Shown: positions 50,876-63,119 of the stretch, piece by piece
Layout of the letters: each line of letters opens with the position of its first letter
How positions within the stretch are numbered: position 1 is the stretch's first letter
Origin: Peribolospora baueri
Lineage: Eukaryota
Direction: 5' to 3'
Assembly (NCBI GenBank): GCA_029717555.1
Contig: JAMDHS010000021.1
Coordinates: 186,001-250,000 of the forward strand
DNA: 64,000 nucleotides
Notes under the pieces: model-generated
Databases searched by the model: none
What the model saw: only the letters and a program-made list of their open reading frames with translations
What the model was told of the DNA's origin: nothing
Position numbers and translations under genes: made by a program

Positions 50876-51602
50876 GTTGTGGTGAAGGCGAGAAGGGGAA
50901 GCAAGGGACGGCGGCCGGTCCTGAAGTGACTGGTGGCGACGTTGGCGAGGGGGACGACTCGAGGTTGACTCCGGCTCGCGCTCGCTTAACACGTCGAGAC
51001 GCGTGAATTAAGTACAGCGACTGCGTGTAAAGCCTGTGTATAGTGTAGTATAGTATACGCCGTATACGCTGTACTTCAATCACCCGCGTTTTGCGCCTCC
51101 ACTCGTCGTCCGTCGGTCGCCTTGACACACATCTCGGCGCAACTCTCGCAGACGTGCTTTAACGAGTTGGGGCAGAGCTATGGCCGACTCGAATGCACTG
51201 GCACCCGGTAACCGCCGAAGCAGTCGAGTTACGTCGTGAATGTAACTTCCACCTTGGCTGGGGGCGTCATGACGGAGGCGGACGGCCCTAACAAGCTGGA
51301 TGATGGACGGTCGACGACGACGAGGACGAGGCTTCTTTTGCCCTTAGCCATACTATCCACTCACCATCTTCCTTTCTGTCCGTCCTCCCGTACCTTCGCT
51401 TGCCTCTGCGACTTCCTTGTCCTCACTGTCTTCTCTTCTCTCTCTTGCAGGTTGCATTTTTCTTCACCGCAGCGTGTCGACCTACCGCCATCAATCGCTA
51501 TCGTTAAGGTGCTCCGAGCAGGCTCGGTATCTTTTTCGTCCGTCTCTGCTCTATCTATCTGCCGTGCGACTGGCAGCGCAAAAGCTCGACCGCCCTGTAC
51601 CA

Positions 51603-53271
51603 ATGCCGTCCACGTCTCCTCCCTCCTCCTCCGCAACATTCCCTCGGCGACATCGGCGTCGCCGTTGGCCTTGTTCTGTCGTTGCGGATCCGGGCCTCGT
51701 CGTCGGGCGTTCACTGTTCCTGACGAGTTGCTTCCTACTGCTCTTGACCAGTCTACACAGCGTCGCAGCACAGCTCATCAATGGACAGAGCTTCACACCA
51801 GGTCTCGTCATCATCGATGCGCCGTATCCGAATAGCTCCTATGGTGATCGCTGCGAGTCTGGAAAGCTCGAAAGCTGTCAATGCCATACTGAGGAGCGTG
51901 CTAGAGATTGGGTAGAACAACTAGTGGAGAGGAAGGCACCGTGTATCTACTGGAGTTGCGTGAATTTGCCCTTCGCAAGCTTGAAGCTGACTATGGTTTC
52001 CTTTCCCTCGCGTGACCCACAGCCGGCTCGACCTTGCCCATAGCCCTCGAAGTGTGTCACCGCTTCAGTGCGATGCGCTTTACGCCAACGTTACGTACTC
52101 ATTAGTCTCTTCGCCCTTGGCATCACAACCACAACCACTCCCGTCCACAAAGATGTCCGGCGACGGCCGCCTGCCCTTCCCCTCCTCCCTTCCAGGAGCA
52201 GGGAACACGAGCCTGCCGACGGTCATCCTTGACGTGCAGCTCTACATCGTCTCCTCACAGACGGGACTCAACTTCACCGTTGCTGGCGATAGCAATGCGC
52301 TTTTGTCGCAGGAGCCAGGGAGTACGGTCAAGCATATTAATTACGAGGTGCGTCGTCGCGACGTGTCGCACAACACAGCAAGCGCAGCTCTTATTTCTAC
52401 CGCTCATCGCACCGACCACGCCGCACAGGTCCCGTCTTGCATCTCTTCGGGCCTGTACAACGTGAGCAAAACAGAACGCTTCTTTTATTTGCTGGCACGC
52501 AAGCCGAGTCCAGTCCACCAATGGATCCTCTTCGACATTCTTGTGACATGTTATGACCTAATCTGCCTCCATCCCCTTCGTCGTACCGCCCGCCTTTGCA
52601 GCTGTCCGTCTACGAGCTCGACCGCATCAAGAACCGAAAATTCTACTCCATCTCCTCCATCCCCATCTTCGTTTCCGACCCCGCCGGGAACGGTTACGAG
52701 AGTTCTTCCGCGTCGCCGAAGAAGTCGGTCCGCGGCTACTCTAAGCCACAACATCGGGGCGTACCTCGAGCCGGAGGAAGAGAATACGACCGACGGAACG
52801 GAAAGAAGGGGAAGAGTACCACCGGGACGACCGCCACCGCCACCGCCACCGCCACCGCCACCGCTGCCGCCACCGCTACAGCTACCGCCACAGCCACCGT
52901 CACGTTGGCCCCAGCGGCGCAGAGCTGCTCAGACGCGGCCTCAGCCTCGTCACAACCGCAAGCGGATAGCCCTCCGCCGACGGAGCCCTACTCGGCGGGG
53001 TTCACGTTGATGACCACCGCGGTGGTCAGCGGCGGTGAGACGCAGTCCGCTTCCGCGTCCTTCGTCATGCGGCATCACTGGGTCGAAGGCGACGACAACG
53101 ACGACGACAGCGGCAGCGGCGACGACGGATGGGAGTGGAGGCGAGAGCGGGAGGGGGAACGAGGGGAGCGGATCGGGAGGCGTGGGCGCGCCGATCGTGG
53201 GTGCCGCACGACGCTCCATCCGCGCCGTTCAGCCTGAGCTTGTTTTTCTCATACTTCGACGACTGAACTGA
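51603..53271 (+). CDS. Secreted / cell-surface protein with a Thr-Ala-rich stalk; C-terminal frame uncertain (apparent frameshift ~53070)
   Basis: Hydrophobic signal-like segment ..FLLLLTSLHSVAA followed by QLINGQSFTPGLVIIDAPYPNSSY|AGSTLPIALE|MSGDGRL..LLSQEPGSTVKHINYE|VPSCISSGLYN|LSVYE.. Spliced exons are in phase. (GCCACC)n TA repeat at 52830-52900. Confidence 0.7.
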
Positions 53272-53899
53272 TTCTCTTCAGTGATCTGCAGCCCGGACCG
53301 TCCAAGCGAAGGACGTCCGGAAAGGGGCAGCGGTACAACAGCGCCACTCCAATTCTCTGCGAGGGACGTGGGGGCGCTCTCCGAGGGTAACGAAAGGGGA
53401 CAATTCTCAATTCTCTCCAGCCGACCGCGTCGGACCAAACAAAAATGCTAGGCCAGGCCCGGTAGGGAACAATAACAATGAAGACGTCGTCCAGTCTTCA
53501 AAGACGATCAGTGCTCGCCTCGCCCTTCCTTCTTCCCGCTTCATCGTAGACCCTTCTATTCTACGCGTCCGAATTCGCCGTATATATCGGCAGTCCTACG
53601 GCCCGTCCGTTCGGCCCGTATGCCTATGTTGGACGAACGGGAGGTGGGAAGTAATCGTCCTTCGATGATCTGAGCGAGGGATGAATGGACGGCGTAAGGG
53701 GAGGGCGGGCGGGACATCATCCAATCCTTCACGTCCGCCGTGCCCAGCGAGCATGGGTGGGCGGTGGCCGAGCCGACGCGAGGGCGCACCTTTTCGATCT
53801 CCTACGGGATTCATAGCGACCTGTGATACTGGTGCGGTAGCGATGGGGTGCTCGACAAAGCGTTCGCCGCCGAACAGCGCTCCTCCCCCACGGAGTTGA

Positions 53900-53941
53900 A
53901 GCTTCTTACGGGGCTCGAACCCGGAGCCTCGGGATTAGAAA
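53900..53941 (-). pseudogene. Isolated tRNA 3' half (probably Arg, TCT-type)
   Basis: Minus strand reads TTTCTAA TCCCG AGGCT CCGGG TTCGAGC CCCGT AAGAAGC T: anticodon loop, 3' stem strand, variable loop, T-arm with B-box GGTTCGAGCCC and acceptor 3' strand. No matching 5' half (GCTTCTT plus D-arm) is adjacent. Confidence 0.6.
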
Positions 53942-53998
53942 GCCGGTGGTATAATGAAAGAACGGACAACAACTGATGGCAGCCGTCTCTCCGTCCGT

Positions 53999-54829
53999 CT
54001 AGCCGACTTGCACCCTCAAGCCCACCGCCTCCACGTCCTCGTCCTCCACCTCGTCCTCCACCTCCTCATACTCGACTCGAACCCTCTCCGAGCACCCGGA
54101 ACAGGCGACGACATCGACTCCTTGTTCCATGTCAGCGTCCGAGATGACGTACTCGGCGCCGCACCGGCAGGGGTGGGTGTACGTCGTGCCCCGGTCGGCT
54201 TCTTCTGCATCGACGACGGAGGCCCTAGGCGGAGAGTGGGGCTCGAAATGAGAGAGGTCGAGGGTTTGGGCGACGCGTAGGGCGGGGGTGGTGGTGGACG
54301 GTGAGGCAAGATGCTCTGCGGACGGGGAGACATATGGATGGGAGCAGATGAGCCGAGGCGGCGACAGACTGGCTAGGCTCACTCACCTTTCGTTTGTCTT
54401 TGCCGAAGCGCATCATCATACTCAGCGCGCTTGTCTGGATGCATGAGCACTTCGTAGGCCAAGTTGAGGGTGCGGATATCGAGCTGCGCCGGGCGACGGC
54501 CATCGCCATCGCCATCGCCATCGTCGGCCTGGGGCGCGTGATGCTGTCCCCCATTCGGCTCGCTTGGCGCAACTGTGGACGGGCGCGGCGAGGGAGAAGG
54601 GGAACGGGGTAGTTTGTCCGGGTGGTGCTGCGCGGCGAGAAGCAGGCAGGAAAGAGTGGACGTCAGCGTTGCATTTCGATGGTCGCGCTTCGATCGTCTC
54701 GTCTCCCATCTGGGAACTGACCAGGCGGACGAGGGCGAGATACGACCTGCGAACGTCGTCCCGAGTTGCGGCGGGCGTGAGGCGAAGGACATGGTACAGA
54801 TTGTCGTCGCCCGCATAGCTCCTTGTCAT
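53999..54829 (-). CDS. DPH4: Diphthamide biosynthesis protein 4 (J-domain plus CSL zinc finger)
   Basis: NLYHVLRL..DVRRSYLAL..HHPDK..LNLAYEVLMHPDKRAEYD (J-domain), then LDLSHF..YTHPCRCG..VVACSGCSERVRVEY (CSL finger). Confidence 0.9.
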
Positions 54830-54888
54830 GGCGCCGGTCGGCGGGGCGGCCCTGTTCGATGGCGGTCGATGGTGGCTTTGCCGTGCCT

Positions 54889-54918
54889 GTTGCTGTTGCT
54901 GTTGCTGTTGCTATTGCT
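54889..54918. repeat. (GTTGCT)n microsatellite in the DPH4 / bromodomain-gene divergent promoter
   Basis: Read directly. Confidence 0.75.
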
Positions 54919-55257
54919 GCCCTGGCCTGGCCCTTGCAACGGAAAAGGTGTTGTGGAAAGGAAAGCGGAAACGGAACGGAGGTCGGCTATTCGGATGCTC
55001 GGGTGCTGCGGAATTCCCACGATAGACGGCCGGCTCAGCGGGTCGGACTCGGTCAGCGAGGTGGGCGAGGCTGAGACGCGGCGGCCAGTCGGACTGAGCT
55101 TGGTCGAGGAGGTCGTCTCGCCCACACGAGCTCCACCACCAGCAGCGACGTCGAGGAGAGGAGACGAGAAGAAGAGAGAAGAGAACAGAAGAGAAGCGGC
55201 TCCTCTGGCCAGCACTCGCCCCGCTCCGCCGCCGCCCATCCCATTACCCTCTGCGAC

Positions 55258-58200
55258 ATGGCCCCCCGTCTCCTCCTCGACCCGTCCACCATCCTCGAGT
55301 CGCCCCGCAAACGCGCTCGACGCGACTCTGCCGCCGCCGGCCACGGTTCGCATCCGCGCTCCGGACGCATCATCGCCAGCTCGACCACCGTCAGCACGGC
55401 CAACGACGCCGGCGCGGGCAAGGGCGATGGACAACCAGCCGAGGCGGCCCCGGCGATGGACGAGGCGGCGCTGGACAAGGTCAAGCAGCAGGGCTTGGAG
55501 GTACTCAAGCAGGTCAAGGACGCCCGCGACAAGGGGTGAGTGCCGTCGCCGTCGCAGTCGCAGTCGCAGTCGTGGATCGTTCAGATCGTTCGAATTCCAG
55601 CCGCGCTCGGGCCACCTAAAAACAAGGCGCATACATCGACACCAACGCCTCCTTCTCTCCGTCGTCGTCGCCACCTCGCATCGTCTCGACGCCGCCACAC
55701 ATCGCTCACATCCCCCCCTTTCCTTCTCTCTTCCACACCCCGCCCCCGAGCACAGCGGCCGGCCTCTCGCACCCGTCTTCGTCCGGCGTCCCAACCCGCG
55801 CACATATCCGGACTACTACCAGGTCATCAAGCGCCCCATCGCCCTCGACGACATCCGCTCCAACCTCGATGAACGCCACTACCGCTCCCTCGACGCCGTC
55901 AAGGCCGACTTCGACCTCTGCTTCAACAACGCAAAGAGGTATAACATGAGGGAGAGCGAGATCTGGGAGGACGCCAGGACGTTGCAGGTGCGCCCTTCTT
56001 TCGTCCCTCGCTTCACCGCCATGAAATCATGTCTTGAGTGAACTGCCCTCCTTGGTCCCTCGTCCCCTCTCTTCGAACAACGCAGCGACTCGTGAAGAAC
56101 GTCGTCTCCAGCTTTCAACCAGCTCCAGAGTCTCCCCCGCCTCAGAACTCTCCTTCAGCCTCCCAGGGCCCCTCCTCCCTCCGTCCCTCCCCCGCCATCC
56201 CTCCCTCCGTCCACGGCACCGCCACTGCCAACGGTCACGCACCCCAGCAGCAACAACACCAGTACCACCCGCACACCGTCACTCTCCGAAAGAAGCCTAC
56301 CGCCACCGACTCGCCTCTCGCCTCCGCCGGCGATCAGAAGGCCAAGGCCAAGGCTTTCGAGCTCTGGCCATCCGTCGTTGAGCCGTCTCCGGCCATTTCC
56401 CGTCCGGTGTCCACTGACGGCGTCGATGAGACGGGAGAGGAGGACGGAGCGGACTTTTCGCCGGGAGCGAGGAGCCTCAAGAGCACCGGAAGGAAGAGGG
56501 GCAAGTACTTGCGCTCCGCGCTCAAGAGGGCTGTAGATGCTGTGATCAGGTTGACCGACCCGAAGTGAGTCCACCCGTTCGAGCGCGGGCCCGGCTCTCC
56601 CGTTTTCCAGGCCTCTACCGCGCGACCGACCGCCCCTTTTCTTTTGGGCTTTGCTCATATGTGTTCCTTTCCCTTCGCTTAGCGGCCGGACAAGATCGGA
56701 TATGTTTATGGAGCTACCCTCCAGAGCCGACTATCCCGAGTACTACAAGGTTATCGAGCGGCCCATTTCGTTTGACACCATACAGGTGACTCTCCTTTCC
56801 CTCGTCTTTATCTCGTCTTCTTCTGTACCAGAGCGAACTGGCTGACCACCGTTGGCATCGGCGTCGCCGGTAGGACAAAATGAAGAAGAAGAATTACATG
56901 GCGGCGGACGACCTTGTGGAAGACATGCGGCTCATGTTCGAGAACGCCATGTTCTTTAACGAGCCTGGATCGGAAGTCTGGGAGGATGCCAAGGCCATGC
57001 TGGTGCGTTTTATTGTCACATTTCCACGTCAAATCCGAATCTGAACCAGAACCGGCTTGGGCGCTCACATCCCTTGTCTGTGGGCCTTGTCTTCCGCAGG
57101 ACTACTTTCTGCACGTCATCGTCCCGACGCTTCCTCAGCCCGGTGAGACCACGGCCGACTTTGCGGGCGAAAGCGGTACGCCCAGCGCTGCACCGTCCGG
57201 GACGATCAAGGTCCGACTCGGACTGCCGGCTTCGCCGTCGCCGCCCGCGGCGTCCCTCCCGATGCCGAGCCCGAGCGTTACAGCGACGCCAGGCGCTCCG
57301 GCTTTGGACTCGCCTTCGTCCTTGTCCTCTGGGAAGCGACAGAAGCCACTCCAGGACGCTTCGAAAAGAAGCCAGAAGACCGTCGGAAGGGTACCAGCGC
57401 CATCAGGATACCTTCAGCCACTCCCGCCCGCTTCTGCCCCGATCCCTGGCGTCGCGACTCGGGGCCAGCACATGTCGCCGCCTGCACAGCCCTTCGCGGT
57501 ACAGCATGGCGCGAACGCGTCGCCCCCCTACCCACATCACTATCAGACTCCGCCGATCAACTGGTCCCAGCCCGCCTCTGCGCCCGGCCAAATGGCCCAT
57601 TCGTACGCTCAGCAGGGCTTCTCCCAACCGATGCATGCGCCATCTCAATCGAGTTTCTATCCTGGTTATCCACCTCCCTTCCACCACCATCAGCAGCAGC
57701 CGCAGCTAGCTAGCTTCTACGCTCCTGGTATGCCCATACCTTCTGCCGTCTTCGCTTCGCCCGGCACGGCGCATCCCGGCTTCGTGCCTTCAGCGAGTCC
57801 CACTCCCGCTTACATCGACTATGCCGCCCACAGTCCGGCCCTAGCCGGTTCTCCACATGCTGATCAGTACGCGCCTTTCGACCCGCGATCGCCCGTGTCC
57901 ATGCCCGTTCCTGCTGCCCGGCACGCCGGTCCGTCCGCGTCGCCGTCGTTGCCCGCCGCGCGGTCTCCTCTCTCGGGTTCCGCGATGATGTCGCCCGGAG
58001 GGCATCATCCCTCCATCTCCCCAGGTTCAGGTGCAATTTTGGAGTCTCCACCTCGTGCCCCGACGAAACCTCGTCTTCCGCCCAACCCGTACGTCGTCAA
58101 GGGCGAGCCGAGCGTGAAGACGATGATCATCGAGACCGTCCCGAAGACGGGCGCGAGGGTCGCGTTGAGCAACGCCAAGGTGAGACAGCACGTCGTCAGG

Positions 58201-59274
58201 GTGGGAAAGGAGACCGCTAGGGTCGTCTTGAGGCTTGTCTTGGCGGAAGGGGGCGGTGGCGGGAAGGGTAAGGAGCACGGTCTTCACCCACCGAACGGCG
58301 CAGGGGAACGAACGCAAGCTGCGGCGGCGGAAGTGGAAGGAGAGGACCGACCGTCGAAGCGGACTAGGCGTTCTCGTTCTGTCGCGGCCAGCTCAGCGTC
58401 GGCCAACGGCGTGGCTCGCTCCGCGCCCGACAGCGTCGCCGAACCCGCTTCCGATCGTGACGGCGATGGCGGTGGCGAGGACCGCGCGGCTGCCAATCCC
58501 ACGCCCGTCATCACCGTCCGGCACAACGGTCTGCTGCTCGACCCCGTCCGGCCAGATGCGGCCGCAGTGGCTGCGAACTCGCTGCTCAAGTCGCGTTCGC
58601 TCAGTTTCAGCGCGGGCCTCGAGAAGGATTCGCCAGGAAATAAGACCGATTCTCCTCGCGACCCTCGCGACGGAGTAGACGATGGTGGGGAGGCCGCGCC
58701 CGGGTCGGAAGCGAAGGGTAAAGGCAGGGTCATCGGCGGCTCGTCCATCCTCTCCGCGTGGGCGGCTTCCGGGAAAGACGGGAGGCGTAAGGGCGTGGAG
58801 AACGGGCGCGGGCTAGGCCATCGGGACGGAACTGGGAACGACACCGACAACGGGAACGGCAATGAGGCGACGATCTCTTCATCTCCGTTTTCCTCTTCCT
58901 CTGCCTCGTCCGCGTCGGCCGGTCCTTCAATCCCGCCCGGAACGATCGTCCCCGCCGCCGCAGCGATCTCTTCGAATGCGCTGACAGCGTGGACCATCAC
59001 CCCGCGCGACGGTACGAACGTCGTGGAGATTGTCGTCTCCTATTCGCCGGGCGCGGCCGCGGCCGCGGAGGGAAAGGTCGTCGATGCAGGGGACTCGGAG
59101 GGGGTTGGAGAGGAGGAGCAAGCTGGAGTGGCGGCGGGGAGGAAGTTGAGGAAGAGGAAGGTGGAGGACGAGAGAGTGGAGGGGAAAGGAGATGGTGCGA
59201 GGGAGGGCGAGTGGGAGAGGGAGAGTCCGGTCAAGGCGGTGGAGGAGCGGTATCGCATCTTCATTTCGAGGTAG
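55258..59274 (+). CDS. Tandem-bromodomain chromatin-remodelling subunit (RSC Rsc4/polybromo-like)
   Basis: Bromodomain 1 GRPLAPVFVRRPNPRTYPDYYQVIKRPIALDDI..DFDLCFNNAKRYN..IWEDA. Bromodomain 2 GRTRSDMFMELPSRADYPEYYKVIERPISFDTIQ|..DMRLMFENAMFFNE..VWEDA. Pro-rich region, ending ERYRIFISR*. Confidence 0.85.
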
Positions 59275-59680
59275 TCTCTTAGGTCGCGTCCTTGGTCCTG
59301 CTCGCTTCGTTTCGTGGCTCATTTTACGCCCTCCTCTTCGTCAAGACCCTCCCCTCCTTTCGACAGCTCCGGTACTTCAACCGCGATCTCGCCGACGTTT
59401 CCTCTTTGCCCTTCATCGTGCTCTTTTGCCCATTCCCTTCTTGCTTTCCCGTCACTCTCTCCTTCCGCCGTCGCTCTTTCTTTCTCGCCATCCGTCCGTC
59501 CGTTCAAGCCCGTCCGTTTTTGTTTGGTTCAATTTTTGTTCGTTTCACGCGAAATGTATTAGCATGTATGTTTGACAGCGCAAGTCTGCCAGGGAACGCG
59601 AAGAGGGGGGCGGTGTGGTCCTGCATGATTTCGATTGCTTGAGTCCCTTCATTCGAGTGCTCTCCCACTCGCGCGCGCGA

Positions 59681-61695
59681 TCAAGGGAGAAGGGCCGGTT
59701 CGACGTCATCCACTTTTCTCGCGAGCCAGAAGGCGGGCGTGTATTGGTACTGGAGCATGGAAGCGAGGTTGCCTGTGTACGGCTGAGGCGCAAGTCTTCG
59801 GTGGTGCTGACCACACCACGGTGGACAAAAAAAAAAAAAAAAAAGTACGGTCGTTGATACGTCAGCCGGGCCCGGCCGGCCGGAAACTCAGGTGTAGTGT
59901 AGGAGCGGCAACGCACCTCGATCCGGAAGCCCATTTTTTCTACCAGCGTCGTCATCTCATCGAGCGTCAGTTCTATGGATGTGTCGCCCGAGTTGTTGTT
60001 CTCGTAGTGCCACAGCAGCGGGCCTTGGTGTCGGAGGTGAAGGGACAGGACGGGACGGGACGACGAGGTCAGCGGTCGTGCATGATCCACATGCGCTTTC
60101 TCACGCCCACCCATCTTGCACTCGCTCCGCCAACTCACCGACGTTGACCCATATGCCGCCTTTGCACAGGACGTGATTGAGCACTTCGAGATAGCGGACA
60201 ATGTTTTTTGCCGTGTCGATGAAATAACACGTCGCAACCGCGTTCCAGCCGCCTTTTGGGGGACAAAAAAACGCAAACGCAAAAGTGACGGAAGAGGGCG
60301 TTGTGTCGGACGTCGCTCCCAGACCGAACCGAATGCGAGTTCACTCTCTCCCCATCCGATATGGACTCACCTTTTTCCGACTCTTGCCCATACACTTCGA
60401 CAAACTCGCCGGCGACCATGCTGAAGTCGGCGGCGCTATGCAAGCCCGAAGGAAGTACGTCCGGGACGCGCACGGGTTTGAGGACCGCGTCCGAAGTGGG
60501 GAGGTTGGAGAAGGTGTGCACGTAGGGGTAGAGGGTGTGTTGATGTATCGACGTGGTCTTGTTGAGGATGAAGTGGGAGGCCAGGAGCTGGCGCGAGGTG
60601 AGAAAGCAAGAGGTACGGTAAGAGAATAAGCGCACGATGGTTGAGATGGATCGACACACCATGTAGAAGGAGAACTCGTTGCCTGTAGGAAACACAGTCA
60701 CAAAAGCCGGTCAACCATGAGCGAGCGAATGAGCCGAAGCGGTCACAGACGATACCGACCTTGACATGCCCACCCGTGTCTCGCAATGTCGAACGATAGC
60801 CTGCCGAGCCCAGCGCCAGGGACGAGGACGCGCAAGCTGGCCTGAGCCTCGGGCGGGAGGGGCGAAAATTCGGCGCGAAGAGCGGACAAAATGGGCTCAT
60901 ACGCTGCCGCTCGTTCGGGCGCACCCTGGTGGAGAAGCGAAGAGTCAGGCTTTCACTACGTCAACCCGGGAGGATGAGCGAGATGGTGTGGAGGAGAACG
61001 CACCTCTTCGCTCCAGTCACGTACGAACTGCTTCAACGTCGAGCGCAGCTTGTCCATGTCGAAATCCGAAGGTCGCTTGACCCTGTTCGACTTGGCCCTG
61101 CGACTCGTCCTCGAAGTGTCCGTGTCCCTCGATCCTGCGGCGTTGTGGCCGTCAGTCAAAGGCCGCTCTTCCCACTCCTCTTCCTCGTCCTCCGAGGGGT
61201 CACCCATGAAAACGTTCCTCGCGTCCCAGACGATCTCCTTGACGACGTCATAATTGGCCCGTATCCGATCATCCACAGCGTCCAGTCTTTCCTTGTAGCC
61301 GACGTCGAAGAGAAGGGACTGATGCCGGGATGGGAGCGAGTACAGCGATCTTCGTCGGAGCGAGTTGGCGGAGAGCTGAAGAGGGGCGAGGGAGGAGGAG
61401 GTAAGGCGGTGTCGAGAGGCGGCGAGCGGTCGGCACTCACGCAGTACGGTAGATAAGAATCAAAGGTGTGCAAAACGGCGTCGAAGTGAGCACGCTCCTT
61501 CGCCGCCTCCTCCTCGTCCTCGTCCTGGCCTTGGCCTTGGCCTTGACCGCTCGACCCTCCTTGCGCCCCATCGGCTGGTCGCCGTCGACGTTCCGAGCGA
61601 GCCCACGGGTCGCCAACGAGGGTCATGCTGCTGTCCGAGTCGTCCGCCGGCGTCGGGGCGGCGTCGGCGGCTGCGAGTCCTGGCGATGGGTCCAT
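59681..61695 (-). CDS. CARNMT1: Carnosine N-methyltransferase-like (N2227 family) SAM-dependent methyltransferase
   Basis: ERAHFDAVLHTFDSY, DMDKLRSTLKQFVRDWSEE, VLVPGAGLGRL, GNEFSFYM, LYPYVHTFSN..VRVPDVLP..FSMVAGEFVEVY, CFFIDTAKNI, WVNVG|PLLWHYE..SIELTLDE, SMLQYQY. Confidence 0.9.
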
Positions 61696-62401
61696 GGCGG
61701 CTAGCGTTTCCCTGCGAACTGACTGCCGGCCGTCGACTTGCGTCTGGACTGCCCCTCGAGCTCGAGGTTGGATGGAAGAGAGCGCTCGATCGTTGATAGG
61801 ACGAGTAAGGCGATAGACACCGGACCGATCGATCGCGACAAGCCGCTCGCCCGCCTCGTCACCGTACGTAGGTACCTTTTTCTGACCTCTGTGCTCGAAG
61901 ATGGACTTTTTTTTTCAAGCGCTCGGTAAGCCGAGAGAGACAGAAAGATGCTCATTTCCCACGCAGAGCTACGTTTTCAGTGGGACCTCGGGGTACAGCG
62001 AGGGAAATGGTCTCTTTCAGAGAGATGATCTGCTCACGCGACAGATGAGAAGGGCATGTTCTATTAAAGAGTATTTGAGGGGGCGGTCTATGTCCAAGAG
62101 AAGAGAGGGCTAGGACAGTGTGCATCACTTGACGTTTGCCAGAATTTTCAAGACGAGTCTGTAATCGTGCCTGTAGGACAAAAGGCGTCGAGAAGAGAGG
62201 GTCTGGCTAAAGGCATCCAGAGGAATTTTGACCGCGGCCGTCCGTCCGCCTGCCTGTTTGACTACTGTCCAACCCATGCAGGGATATGAGCGTCTGGCAG
62301 AATGTGTTTGTAACTCGGTCGCACTCTGCTGGGCCAGTGTTGCCGTCGGCCAAACGCCAACTGGTGACTTGCAAAAAAGTCAAAAAAAGAAAGCGCAAAA
62401 A

Positions 62402-62497
62402 TCCGACCACCCGGGATCGAACCAGGGACATTCAGATGACAAACACATCTATGCATCCAATTACAGTCTGACGCTCTTCCAACTGAGCTATGGTCGG
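62402..62497 (-). tRNA. tRNA-Tyr(GTA) with a 23-nt intron
   Basis: Exact reverse complement of the copy at 63024-63119. Followed on its own strand by T-tracts (A runs at 62373-62401). Confidence 0.95.
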
Positions 62498-63023
62498 GCC
62501 GACACACGAAAGCTTTGATCACTTGCAATTACAGCCACCATACGGTATGAGAGGGGTCTTATGTAATCATGCCTCTACTTCAAAAGGCGTCCAGACGAGG
62601 GGCCCGAACGGGCTCTCCGATGCATTGTTCTATGAATGTGCAGCATAACCCGTAACCCTTGCCTTCCTTCCAATAGGGCGACAAATTCAAAAGATTCGCA
62701 ACGACCTTTGGCCTAATGGACCGAGCCCAAGCCGCTCTTGGACTAATTGCTCCTTCGCGATAGTATAGACTGACGTAGATTACAGATCCCCGTGAGTGTG
62801 GACCGGGGCACGTCGAGTTGAGGGGAGCCACGCTGAATCGAAACCGCGCGCGGGGCTCGTCTGGATGGTAGAACTCGCCTGATGGATGAGGAGCAACGCA
62901 GAGCGTACGCGTCCAAGACGGTCAACTCGAAGCCGCGGCCCCCGCCAGGCATGATTACATAAGACCCCTCTCATACCGTATGGTGGCTGTAATTGCAAGT
63001 GATCAAAGCTTTCGTGTGTCGGC

Positions 63024-63119
63024 CCGACCATAGCTCAGTTGGAAGAGCGTCAGACTGTAATTGGATGCATAGATGTGTTTGTCATCTGAATGTCCCTGGT
63101 TCGATCCCGGGTGGTCGGA
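63024..63119 (+). tRNA. tRNA-Tyr(GTA) with a 23-nt intron (63061-63083)
   Basis: Acceptor CCGACCA/TGGTCGG plus discriminator A (C1:G72 and A73 are eukaryotic Tyr identity elements). D-arm GCTC AGTTGGAA GAGC; anticodon arm TCAGA CTGTAA[intron]A TCTGA; T-loop GGTTCGATCCC. Confidence 0.95.
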
